The notes below the pieces were generated by a model. That model was not told the DNA's origin. It saw nothing but the letters and a program-made list of their open reading frames with translations, and searched no databases. A DNA stretch of 29,018 nucleotides from a virus (taxonomy: Duplodnaviria > Caudoviricetes), in IMG/VR virus record IMGVR_UViG_3300043184_000211, positions 1 through 29,018 of that record, one strand, 5' to 3'. Positions within the stretch are counted from its first letter, which is position 1. Each line of letters starts with the position of its first letter. Position numbers and translations under genes: made by a program. Below, piece by piece: positions 7,447 to 16,600 of this stretch.

Positions 7447-7899
7447 ATGGCTGCGTTCGAGTTCGAGTGGGATGACCGGCGCTTCGCCGAGGCCTGCGAC
7501 GCGCTGATGGCGCGCGGCACGCGCCTGCTGCCGCTGCTGGCCGAGATCGGTTCCGAGCTGGTTCGCTCCACGCAGGATCGCTTCGTCGACCAGGTGGATC
7601 CGGATGGTGTGCCGTGGGTCGATCTCGCGCCCGCCACGTGGGCGCGCAAGCGCACGGACCGGATCCTCGTCGAGTACGGGGATCTGCGCGGCGGGATCAA
7701 CTTCGATCCGACCGACGACTACGTCGACGTGATCGCCGATCGGGAGTACGCGGCGATCCACCAGTTCGGCGGTACGCCGGACATGGCGCCCGGTCCTGCC
7801 GCGATCCCCGCGCGGCCGTTCCTGGGCATCAGCCGCGAGGATGCAGCATTGGTCGTCGCGGCCGCCGAGCGGTATCTTCTGGAAGCTCTTACCGGATAG
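7447..7899 (+). CDS. Virion morphogenesis / tail completion protein (Mu G-like)
   Basis: RF..Q.DPDG.PW..L, IL...G.LR, YAAIHQFGG, IPARPFLGIS; AGGAG SD. Confidence 0.92.
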   Translation: MAAFEFEWDDRRFAEACDALMARGTRLLPLLAEIGSELVRSTQDRFVDQVDPDGVPWVDLAPATWARKRTDRILVEYGDLRGGINFDPTDDYVDVIADREYAAIHQFGGTPDMAPGPAAIPARPFLGISREDAALVVAAAERYLLEALTG

Positions 7900-7908
7900 C
7901 GCGCTGTT

Positions 7909-7958
7909 TTCAGCGCGCTGAATCCCAGCGCCTGGGCACGGGCTCGCACGATGCGCCC
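7909..7958 (+). promoter_or_regulatory. Putative activator-dependent late promoter for the protease-capsid operon
   Basis: Perfect 14-bp palindrome TTCAGCGCGCTGAA (7909-7922) and a -10-like CACGAT (7947-7952). ATG is at 7959 with no SD. Mu has a C-activated late promoter before gene I. Confidence 0.45.
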
Positions 7959-9092
7959 ATGCCCGAGCAGCAGCAGACCTCGCCCCGCGCGATCGAAATC
8001 TTCCGTGCCGGTCGCCACGTGGCGATGGACGGCAAGACCTACGAGTTCTCGCGCGCCGACATCGCGGCGATCGCCGCGTCCTACGACCCGGCGGCCTCCG
8101 AGGCGCCGATCGTCGTCGGCCACCCCGAACTGCACGCGCCGGCCTACGGCTGGGTGCGCGGCCTCGAAGCCCAGGGCGACGTGCTGGTGGCCAAGGTCGA
8201 CCAGGTCGATCCCGCCTTCGCCGAGCTGGTGAACGCCGGCCGCTTCAAGAAGGTCAGCGCGTCGCTGTTCGCCGCCGGCTCGCCGGGCAATCCGAAGCCC
8301 GAGGGCTACTACCTGCGCCACGTGGGCTTCCTGGGCGCGACCGCGCCCGCCGTGAAGGGGCTGCGCGACGCGTCCTTCGCCGCCGCCGACGGCGTGCTGT
8401 CGTTCGGCGCCGACGAGTCGCGCTGGGCCTTCCGGTCGATCGCCGACCTGTTGCGCCGCATGCGCGACTACTTCGTCGAGGCCAAGGGCGTGGAAGCCGC
8501 CGAACAGATGGCGCCGTCCTGGCTGCTCGACAGCATCGCCGAAGCCGGCCGCGCTCCCGAAGTCGTCCAGTCCTACGCCGAGCCGGCGCCCGTCCGGTTC
8601 GCATCCCCTGCCGCAGAGGAACAAGCCATGACCCAGACCGCCGAGCAGCTCGCCCAGCGCGAGACCGAACTGGCCGAGCGCGAGCGCCGCGTCGCCGCCG
8701 CCGAGGCCGAGCGCCAGCGCGCGAGCTTCGCGGAGTTCGCCGAAACGCTGGTCGCCCGCGGCTCCCTGCTGCCGCGCCAGAAGGTCGCGGTGGTCGAATG
8801 CATGGCGCTGCTGGCCGGCGCCCAGGCGGTGAGCTTCGCCGATGGCGGCGAGACGCGCACCGCGCAGCCGGTCGAGCTGCTGCGCGACCTGCTGGGCGCG
8901 CTGCCCGCGCAGCTGAACTTCGCCGAGAAGTCCGGCGCCGACACCGTGCCGGCCGTCGCGAGCTTCGCCGCGCCGCCGGGCGTGGTGGTCGACCCGGTCG
9001 GTCTCGACATCCACAACCGCGCGCTGGCCTACATGCGGCAGCACAAGGTCTCGTACGAGCAGGCGGTCGACGCGGTCTACGCCGCGCGCTGA
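7959..9092 (+). CDS. Prohead protease/scaffold (Mu I-like)
   Basis: IEIFRAGRH, EAPIVVGHP, PAYGWV, FKKVSAS, YLRHVGFLGA..PAVKGL; start at 7959. Confidence 0.9.
   Translation: MPEQQQTSPRAIEIFRAGRHVAMDGKTYEFSRADIAAIAASYDPAASEAPIVVGHPELHAPAYGWVRGLEAQGDVLVAKVDQVDPAFAELVNAGRFKKVSASLFAAGSPGNPKPEGYYLRHVGFLGATAPAVKGLRDASFAAADGVLSFGADESRWAFRSIADLLRRMRDYFVEAKGVEAAEQMAPSWLLDSIAEAGRAPEVVQSYAEPAPVRFASPAAEEQAMTQTAEQLAQRETELAERERRVAAAEAERQRASFAEFAETLVARGSLLPRQKVAVVECMALLAGAQAVSFADGGETRTAQPVELLRDLLGALPAQLNFAEKSGADTVPAVASFAAPPGVVVDPVGLDIHNRALAYMRQHKVSYEQAVDAVYAAR
8628..9092 (+). CDS. Scaffold protein from an internal in-frame start (Mu Z-like)
   Basis: AGAGGA SD at 8615-8620 before the in-frame ATG 8628; coiled coil follows; matches the Mu I/Z arrangement. 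Confidence 0.65.
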   Translation: MTQTAEQLAQRETELAERERRVAAAEAERQRASFAEFAETLVARGSLLPRQKVAVVECMALLAGAQAVSFADGGETRTAQPVELLRDLLGALPAQLNFAEKSGADTVPAVASFAAPPGVVVDPVGLDIHNRALAYMRQHKVSYEQAVDAVYAAR

Positions 9093-9128
9093 TCGCCGAC
9101 CCACACCCCGCACACCGAGGACGCATCC

Positions 9129-9464
9129 ATGTCGCAGGCCCGTTCGCTCTACACGCTCGCCCTGGTCGCCGCCGGCGCCATCACCGCCGAGCGCTTCGTC
9201 GCTGTCGCCGGCACCCAGGCCGGCGCCGCCGCCAACACCTGGGGCGTGGCGCGCGCCGACGCTGCGATCGGCGAAGTGGTGCCGGTCGACGCGATCGGCA
9301 CCGCCATCGTCACCGCCGGCGCGGCGGTTGCCGCCAACGCGCTGATCGAAACCGACGCCCAGGGCCGCGCCATCACGCGAGCGGCCGGTCCGATCGTCGC
9401 GCGCGCGCTGCAGGCGGCGGGCGCCGCCGGCGATCGCATCGAAGTGATGCTGATCCCGAACTGA
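9129..9464 (+). CDS. Capsid decoration/cement protein (DUF2190-like)
   Basis: Small Ala/Gly-rich beta protein ending ALQAA.AAGDRIEV; lies between protease and capsid. Confidence 0.8.
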   Translation: MSQARSLYTLALVAAGAITAERFVAVAGTQAGAAANTWGVARADAAIGEVVPVDAIGTAIVTAGAAVAANALIETDAQGRAITRAAGPIVARALQAAGAAGDRIEVMLIPN

Positions 9465-9507
9465 TCCACGCCCCACAGCCCCCTTTCTCGAAGCGAGGTT
9501 CTCCGCC

Positions 9508-10443
9508 ATGCCGCAGCAGACTCCGGCCCAGGCCCGTGTCATCAACCCCATCCTGTCGACGCAGGCGCGCGGCTATCGCCAGAGCGACTTCGTCGGCGGG
9601 TTCCTCTTCCCGCGCGTGCCGGTCATGGCGCGTGGCGGCCAGGTGATCGAGTTCGGCCGCGAGGCGTTCCGCGCCTACAACACGCGCCGGGCGCCGGGCA
9701 GCACCACCAAGCGCATCCAGTTCGGCTACCAGGGCAAGCCCTACGGCATCGCGATCAACTCGATCGAGGTTCCGGTCCCGCGCGAGCTGCAGCAGGACGC
9801 CGCGGCCGTGCCGGGCATCGACCTCGGCCGGCGCGCGACCATGCTGGGCATGCGCACGCTGGCCCTCGGCCTCGAGATCGAGCAGGCCACCATCGCGCAG
9901 CTGAACACCAACTACGCGGCCTCGAACAAGGTCGCGCTCGGCGCGGCGGCGCGCTGGAACGTCTCGACCGGCACGCCGATCTCGGACGTGACCAACTGGC
10001 GCGAGGCCGTGCGCGGCCAGGTCGGCATGAACCCGAACGTCCTGGTGATGGGCCCGAAGGTGTTCGCGGCGCTCAAGACCAACCCGACCATCATCGACCG
10101 GATCAAGTACACCGCGCGCGACGTGGTCACCACCGACGTGCTGGCCGCGCTCTTCGAGGTCGACCGTGTGGTGGTGGGCAACGGCGTCACCTTCAACGAC
10201 GCCGGCGCCGCTTCGGACATCTGGGGCAAGACCTGCGTCCTGGCCTACGTGCCGACGTCGGAGAACGGCAACGTCGAGGAGCCGAGCTACGGCTACACGT
10301 ACACCTTCGAAGGCCACCCGCTGGTCGAGGAGCCGTACTGGGAGCCGCAGTCGAAGAGCTGGATCTACCCGGTCTCCGACGACCGCCAGCCGGTGCTGAC
10401 CGGCATCGCCTCGGGCTTCCTGGCCGAAACCGTCGTCGACTGA
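9508..10443 (+). CDS. Major capsid protein
   Basis: 311 aa, strongly biased codons; NPILST.A.GY, FPRVPV, PNVLVMG...F.ALK.NP, PSYGYTY motifs. Confidence 0.9.
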   Translation: MPQQTPAQARVINPILSTQARGYRQSDFVGGFLFPRVPVMARGGQVIEFGREAFRAYNTRRAPGSTTKRIQFGYQGKPYGIAINSIEVPVPRELQQDAAAVPGIDLGRRATMLGMRTLALGLEIEQATIAQLNTNYAASNKVALGAAARWNVSTGTPISDVTNWREAVRGQVGMNPNVLVMGPKVFAALKTNPTIIDRIKYTARDVVTTDVLAALFEVDRVVVGNGVTFNDAGAASDIWGKTCVLAYVPTSENGNVEEPSYGYTYTFEGHPLVEEPYWEPQSKSWIYPVSDDRQPVLTGIASGFLAETVVD

Positions 10444-10477
10444 CGCCGCCGGCACCGCCGGAGCGCCACCCCTGATC

Positions 10478-10505
10478 GCGCCGGGCAGCACGCGCTGCCC
10501 GGTGC
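10478..10505 (+). terminator. Hairpin after the capsid gene (attenuator or mRNA stabiliser)
   Basis: GCGCCGGGCAGC-ACGC-GCTGCCCGGTGC; no U-tract. Confidence 0.45.
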
Positions 10506-10523
10506 CACAACCGGAGCCCATGC

Positions 10524-10730
10524 ATGGCCAAGAAGAGCGAAGAGACGGCGATCCCGCACAAGGTGCTGTCGCCCATCACCTATGGCGAGATCGACGGCAA
10601 GGGCGCCCGCAAGGACGTCGCCTACGCGCCGGGCGACTCGATCGAGCTGACTCCGGCCGAAGCCGCGCCGTTCGTCGCCTGCGGAGTCATCGAGGCGCCC
10701 GCGGCCAAGAGCGAGAAGGCCAAGGGCTGA
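10524..10730 (+). CDS. Small head-associated hypothetical protein
   Basis: Y.PGDSIELT..EA......GVI pattern typical of small post-capsid genes; GGAG SD. Confidence 0.75.
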   Translation: MAKKSEETAIPHKVLSPITYGEIDGKGARKDVAYAPGDSIELTPAEAAPFVACGVIEAPAAKSEKAKG

Positions 10731-10736
10731 TCGACC

Positions 10737-11246
10737 ATGCCGTACCTGCTGCCCGCCGACCTGTATCCGCTGCCGGGCGCTCTGGAGATCGCGCAGGTCG
10801 CGACCCCGGAGAACCTGGACGTGGTGCCGGCCGACCTGATGCAGGCGACGCTCACCGGCGCGGACCGAAGCCAGTGGCCGCCGCACCAGGTCGCCGCGGC
10901 CGACGCGGCGCTCGCGCGCGTCAATGCGGCGATCGCCGACGCGGAGCAGCTCGTCGATGGCTACCTGGCCGCGCGCTACGCGCTGCCGCTGTCGCCGGTG
11001 CCGACGATCGTCAAGGCCTGGGTGCGCGCCCTGGTGCGCTACGCGCTGAACCAGTACCGCATCACGGACGAGCAGAAGGATCCGATCGCGCGCGATCGCC
11101 GCGACGCACTGAAGTTCCTGGCCGACGTGTCGGCCGGCAAGTTCAGCCTGGGCGCGGCCGACCCGCAGGTGAACAACCCCGCGGGCGACGTGCGGCACGA
11201 GGCGCCGGCCCGTGTGTTCACCCAGGACACGCTGGCGGACTACTGA
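10737..11246 (+). CDS. Head-tail adaptor (Mu gp36, DUF1320)
   Basis: AIADA...VDGYL..RY.LPL..VP, ALKFL.DV..GK.SLG, RVF..DTL.DY. Confidence 0.9.
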   Translation: MPYLLPADLYPLPGALEIAQVATPENLDVVPADLMQATLTGADRSQWPPHQVAAADAALARVNAAIADAEQLVDGYLAARYALPLSPVPTIVKAWVRALVRYALNQYRITDEQKDPIARDRRDALKFLADVSAGKFSLGAADPQVNNPAGDVRHEAPARVFTQDTLADY

Positions 11247-11698
11247 TGCGCACCGGCCCGCTCGATCTCGCCCCGATCATCCAGCGCCTGGAGGAGCGCG
11301 CCAGCGCGCTGCAGGGCGTCGAGATCGCCGGCGACTTCGAAGCCCTGGGCGACGCCGGCGCGCCGCGCCGCGCGCCCTGGGCGTTCGTGATGCTGGGCGC
11401 CGACCGCGCGCCGCGCCACGCGGGCGTGACGAGCGGAAAGATCATCCAGTCCGCCGACTGCCTGCTCGGCGTCGTGGTCTGCGTCAGGAACCTGCGGCGC
11501 GCCGACCTGGGCACGGCAGCGAGCGAGGACCTGGTGCCGGTACTGCGCAGCGTGCGTGGCGCGCTGATCGGCTGGACGCACCCCGAAGCCCGCAACCCCT
11601 TCGACCTGCAATCCGGTCGCCACCTGCGATTCAAGGGCGGCTACCTGTGGTGGCAGGAGACCTACCGCACCGACTACCGCATCGAGGTGACCTCGTGA
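11246..11698 (+). CDS. Tail terminator (Mu gp37-like)
   Basis: TGATG-coupled start; P.AFV, GVVVCVRN, VR.ALIGW.P, LWWQ..Y motifs. Confidence 0.82.
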   Translation: MRTGPLDLAPIIQRLEERASALQGVEIAGDFEALGDAGAPRRAPWAFVMLGADRAPRHAGVTSGKIIQSADCLLGVVVCVRNLRRADLGTAASEDLVPVLRSVRGALIGWTHPEARNPFDLQSGRHLRFKGGYLWWQETYRTDYRIEVTS

Positions 11699-11925
11699 CC
11701 AAGCGCAAGAGTGATTCGCAGCCTGTGGGCAGCAAGGAGATGCCGAAGGACGGTGGCTCCTATGTGCAGCTCGCCGACGGCACCTACATCCCCAACCCGG
11801 ACGCGGAAGTGCACCTGACGCTGCCGAACCCCGGCAAGAGCGCGGCGGCGAATGCCGCGCTCCTGGCTGCGCGCGAGGCAGCTGCGCCCGCGGCGGCCGA
11901 CCCGAGCGCCACGCCGGGCGCCTGA
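11695..11925 (+). CDS. Small hypothetical protein (GGSY motif) before the tail tube
   Basis: GTGA-coupled start; fills the gap between the terminator and tube genes. Confidence 0.65.
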   Translation: MTKRKSDSQPVGSKEMPKDGGSYVQLADGTYIPNPDAEVHLTLPNPGKSAAANAALLAAREAAAPAAADPSATPGA

Positions 11926-11952
11926 TCCATCCCCTTCGAGGAGGCTTGAGCC

Positions 11953-12894
11953 ATGCCGTTGGAGTCCTTCGAGCAGCGAGCGCTGCTCTACAAAGTCGAG
12001 ACCGTCGAGAACACGGACGCGGTGCCCACCGGTGCACTCAACGCGGTCCAGTTCCTGAACGGCCAGAGCGGCATCGCCAGCGAGAAGCTGGAGCGTTCGC
12101 TCGACCGCCCCTACTTCGCCGGCAAGCCCTTCGTGCCGGTCGGCATCTACGGCTTCATCGAAGGCGAGATCGAGCTGATCGGCGCGGCCGCGGCCGGCCA
12201 GGCGTCCCCGCTCGGTCCCGTCCTGCGCACCGGCGGCATGAGCGAGGCCCTGGTCGTCGGCCCGCCCGCGCTGACGCGCTACGCCCCGATCAGTTCCGGC
12301 ATCCCCTCGGGCACCGGCTACTTCCACCACGGCGGCACGCGCAAGATCCTCACCGGCGCGCGCGCCAAGATCGACGGCATCGAGCTGTCGATCAAGAAGT
12401 ACGCGATGGCCAAGGTCCGGATCGAAGGCAACTGCACGGACTGCACCGAGCAGGCCTTCCCGACGCCCGACTACGCCGCCTTCGGCGATCCCGTCGACCT
12501 GCGCACGGAGACGATGGCGCTGTCCATCAACGGCTTCAACGTCGACGGCCTCTCGGTGTCGCTGGACCTGAACTCCGAGCTGAAGGTTAAGGAGCACACC
12601 GAGGCGCGCGTGGCGCGCATCTCCGATCGCGAGCCGACCGGCGTGGTGCGCTTCTACCGGCCGACGTTCGCGTCGCTCAACCCGTGGACGCTGTGGCGCA
12701 ACCAGACCAAGGTGCCGATCGTGGCCACGCTCGACAACGGTGTGGCGGCCAAGAAGATCAAGCTCACGATCGGCTTCGCGCAGCTCGAAGAGCCGAAGGA
12801 AGTCGAGGTCGAGCGCGACATCGCCTACGAGTGCGCCTTCCGCGCGCTCACCAGTGTCGGCGGCGACGAGTTCTCGATCGAATTCGGCGGCTGA
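11953..12894 (+). CDS. Major tail tube protein (siphovirus type)
   Basis: LLYKVET...TD..PT...NA start, beta-rich, GAGG SD, biased codons; no sheath gene nearby. Confidence 0.85.
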   Translation: MPLESFEQRALLYKVETVENTDAVPTGALNAVQFLNGQSGIASEKLERSLDRPYFAGKPFVPVGIYGFIEGEIELIGAAAAGQASPLGPVLRTGGMSEALVVGPPALTRYAPISSGIPSGTGYFHHGGTRKILTGARAKIDGIELSIKKYAMAKVRIEGNCTDCTEQAFPTPDYAAFGDPVDLRTETMALSINGFNVDGLSVSLDLNSELKVKEHTEARVARISDREPTGVVRFYRPTFASLNPWTLWRNQTKVPIVATLDNGVAAKKIKLTIGFAQLEEPKEVEVERDIAYECAFRALTSVGGDEFSIEFGG

Positions 12895-12917
12895 TCCTGG
12901 GCGTCCCGTTTCCACCT

Positions 12918-12945
12918 GCGGGGCGCACTGCGCCCCGCGTTCATT
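12918..12945 (+). terminator. Hairpin / weak terminator after the tail tube gene
   Basis: GCGGGGCGC-ACT-GCGCCCCGC followed by GTTCATT. Confidence 0.45.
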
Positions 12946-12967
12946 CCACCTCATGGAGCACACCGCA

Positions 12968-13267
12968 ATGTTCAGCCTCACCACCGTCAGCACCTTCACC
13001 CGCAAGGTCTCGTTCGGTATCCCCTCCGGCGACGGCTTCCAGGTCGTCACCCTGACCGGCCGCTTCAAGATCGGCCCGCGGGCGTCCGACGACATCGGGT
13101 TGCGCAGCAACCGCGAGGTGCTGGACGAGCACCTGGAGTCCGTCGAAGGCCTGGACGTCACCGGCCCCGAAGCGGTCGAGCAGGTCAAGCGCCATGACGT
13201 GGCCTGCGTGGCGTTCGCGAAGGCCTACATCGCGGCCATCAACGAGGGCGCCGACCGAAAAAACTGA
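12968..13267 (+). CDS. Tail assembly chaperone (lambda G analogue)
   Basis: GGAG SD then ATG 12968; between tube and tape measure; ends ...RKN-stop on a slippery site. Confidence 0.82.
   Translation: MFSLTTVSTFTRKVSFGIPSGDGFQVVTLTGRFKIGPRASDDIGLRSNREVLDEHLESVEGLDVTGPEAVEQVKRHDVACVAFAKAYIAAINEGADRKN
13258..13264 (+). other. Programmed -1 ribosomal frameshift site A AAA AAC
   Basis: X XXY YYZ heptamer just before the TGA; the -1 frame reads CTG ATG GAT into ORF 13267-13650. Confidence 0.82.
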
Positions 13268-13650
13268 TGGATGTGGCGCGCGCCCTGGTGGGCGCGCCGC
13301 CACCTCGGGCGCGCAGTTCGGTCGAGGAAGAGTGGCGTGCGATCGACCCGAACATCCCGCCCGACGTCCTGCAGCGCATCGTCGAACGCACCACCCGGCG
13401 CCGCGAGGCGCCGGCACAGATCGAGGTCCTGTGGTGGAACCTGCCGGCCGTCAACGTGTTTCGCCTGTGCCAGTGGGAGCGCATCGCTGCCGGCGGGGGC
13501 ATGGCGGCCGACCGCATCCTGGTCTCCGGGATCGCGGCCACCGAGATCCGCGCGGTGGCCGAGGCGCTTGCGGTGCCGTTCGACGCGGACCTGCTGGACC
13601 GGGTCCGCGTGATGGAAGGCGCCGCGCGGCCGGTGCTCAACGAGCGGTGA
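13267..13650 (+). CDS. Tail assembly chaperone extension (lambda T analogue, DUF1799-like)
   Basis: EV..WN.PAV.VF...QW...G....I...RVMEGAA..VLN; in the -1 frame of the upstream gene. Confidence 0.8.
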   Translation: MDVARALVGAPPPRARSSVEEEWRAIDPNIPPDVLQRIVERTTRRREAPAQIEVLWWNLPAVNVFRLCQWERIAAGGGMAADRILVSGIAATEIRAVAEALAVPFDADLLDRVRVMEGAARPVLNER

Positions 13651-13654
13651 GCCA

Positions 13655-16600
13655 GTGACGGACCTCGAGGCCCGCCTACGACTTCGCGGAGACGGCTCCA
13701 ACCTGGTTGGAGTCGCCCGGTCGGCGAAGTCTGAGGTTCGAGAGATCGGCATGGCCTCGGCCGAGGCTGGCGCTCAGGCTTCGGCCGGGTTCAACCGTGC
13801 CGAGGCGGCTGCCGAGCGGATGCAGCGCACGCTGCGCAATGCGGCCGGCGTGGCCGCTGCGGCGTTCGGTGTTGCATCGATCACGCAGGCCGCGTCCGCG
13901 CTCGTTCGGGTCGCCGACGGCTACGCCAACATCGACGGCAAGCTCCGGCTTGCGACCGACTCGGAGATGGCGTACGCGGCCGCGAAGGCCGAGACCTTTG
14001 CCATCTCCCAGCGCACCTCGACCGAGCTGGCAGCGACGGTCAGTCTCTACAGCCGACTGACGGCAGCGTTCGACGGCCTGGCTGTTCCGCAAGCGCGGGT
14101 CGCCCAGCTGACCGAGACCGTCAACGAGGCGCTGGCGATCTCCGGCGCCACTGGGGTGGAGTCTGCATCGGCAGTACTGCAGTTGTCGCAGGCCTTCGGC
14201 GCCGGTGCGCTGCGCGGCGAAGAGTTCAACGCCGTGAACGAGGCGGCGCCGCGGCTCATGCAGGCGCTCGCCACGTCGCTGGGCGTTCCGCGGGGCGAGC
14301 TCAAGGCGCTCGCCGAGGAGGGCAAGCTCACCGCCGAGGTGTTGCTGGCGGCGTTCAGCGGCGAGCAGGCGGAGCAGATCGCGGCCGAGTTCGCGAAGGT
14401 CCCGATCACGATCGAGCGCGGGTGGACTCAGGTCCGCAACGCCACCCAGAGGACGCTGGGTGAGCTGGACAAGTCGTTCGGCGCTTCGAGCGGTCTGGCG
14501 CAGAGCCTTGTTGCGCTGTCAAACAACATGAACCTGGTCGTCGACGCCGTCGGTGCGCTCGGCGTCGCTGTAGTGGCGAACGCGGGGGCGCGGCTCACGA
14601 CCTCGTTCGTCGCGGCAACCACCGCGGCTGTCGCGAAGCGCCAGGCCGTCGTCGCGGCGGCCGCCGCCGACCAGGCCGCGGCGATCGCGTCGGTCGAGCA
14701 CGCCGCGGCGCAGGCGCGCGACGTGACAGCCACGCTCGCAGCCGTCCAGGCTGCCCGTGCCGACGCGGTCGCTACCATGCAGACCGCGCAGACCAAGGTG
14801 CAGGCGGCGCAGGCCACCATCGCGGCCACCAGCGCAATCGGCGCCCAGTCGGCGGCCATCCGGGCGAACGCGATCGCGCAGGAGCAGCTAACGGTCGCCA
14901 TCGCCCAGCGGACGGCCGCGACCACAGCATTGGCCACGCTCGGCCGCCAGCAGGCCGCCCTTGAGGCGCAGCTGGCCGCCGCGGCAACCGCCCAGGTCGC
15001 GGCCAACAACGCCGTGGCGGCCTCCCAGGCGCGCCTGGCCACGGCCTCCAGCGCAGCCGCGGCAGCAACCGGCGTGCTCAGCCGCGCGGGCGGAGCGCTG
15101 TTCACCATGATCGGCGGGTGGCCGACCATCGCCGCGGGCGCCGCCGCCGCGATCTACTACCTGGTGACCTCGATCGACCGATCGGCCGAGGCTGCCGAGG
15201 CGGCCGTGGCCAAGGCGCGGGAGGAGCGCGAACGCTGGCAACAGGAAGCGGTGGAGCAGCGCCGCAAGCGCCGCGCAGAGAACCCGGACGAGATCTTCGG
15301 CGACATCGTGCGGATGGAGCGGCGGATCGAGGAAATCCGGCGCCGCGGCGGCGCTGATGGCCCGAGCGACTCTGGTGCCCAGCTTCTCGCGACGCTCACC
15401 AAGGATCTGCGCGACCTCCGGCAGGAGTACGCGGCGGCGACCGGTGACGTGAGCCGCTTCTCGACCACCCTATCCGGCCAGCGCGAGGACATTGGCAAGT
15501 TCATCGACCGCCTGAAGCAGCAGGTTCAGTCGCAGCGCGAGCAGATTGCGGCCACGCAGGGCGGTGCGGCCGCAGTCGCCGAGCTTCAGCGAAACCAGCT
15601 CTCCGCGGCCGCCGCAACCGACGAGCAGAAGCAGCAGATTCAGGCCCTGATCGCCACCATCGGGCAGAACGACGCGGCGATCAAGCGCGTTACCGACGCG
15701 AAGCGCGCCGAGCGCGACGTCCAGAAGGAGCTCAATGAGCAGCTCGCGATCAATCGCACCCTGGAGGCGCAGAACGACGCGGAGCTGCTGAAGGCCGAAC
15801 AGGCCTCCATCGATCGTCGCAATGCGACGGATGAAGCGCGCGCGGCGATGGCGGGGCTCCAAGCCGACCTCGATCGCGAGGCCGAACTGATCGGCATGAA
15901 CGCCGCCGAGCGTGAGATCGCGATCGCCGTCATGCAGGAAGAGGACCGCTGGCGCGGGATCCTCGAAGCCGCGCAGCGCAAGACCATCGACCTCACCGAG
16001 GCCGAGGTGCTTGAGCAGCGCGACCTGGCGCTGCAGATGGCAGCGACCAATGCGCAGCGCGAACGCGAGAATCGAATCCGCCGCCAGCTCGGCACGTTCG
16101 GCGGCCGGGTCGATCCGAACACCGGCCAAGTCCAGGCGTTCAATACCCTGCCGGAGCTGATCGGCGGCGCGATCGCCGAGTCCATCAACGACGGCGCGGA
16201 GGGCTTCTCCCGCGTGCTGACGCGGTGGTCCGACGCCTGGGACCAGGCGCAGAAAGATGGCCCGGCCGCGCAGACCTCCTTCGTCGCCGAAACCATCACC
16301 CAGGTCGCCGACTTCGCCAGCAATGTGATCGGGGCGTTCGAGCGCAACGCCGACGCGCCGCTGCGCGCGATCGCCGAGGTCGCCGCCATGATCCCGGGCC
16401 CGGTCGGTGATGTGGCGCGCGCCGTCCAGGCGATCGACTCGCTCTTCGGCGGCCGCCTGCTGGGCACGAACTACGAGGTTCAGCGCCAAGGTCGCAGCGT
16501 GGCATTCGGTGCGAGCGGGGTGACCGGCAACACATTCGTGACCGAGACGCGCCAGCGCGCCCTATTCGGAGGCACGGCGCGGCGCACCACGACCACGGCG

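Noticed and set aside
7900-7958. Anti-CRISPR locus at the G-protease junction, as in D3112-like phages
   Set aside because: The gap is only 59 bp, with no ORF and no aca-like HTH gene.
7719-9551. Long - strand ORFs (also 1709-3205, 3394-4995, 17357-19342, 18888-21470, 27252-28727)
   Set aside because: Antisense shadows of high-GC genes, with no motifs or RBS.
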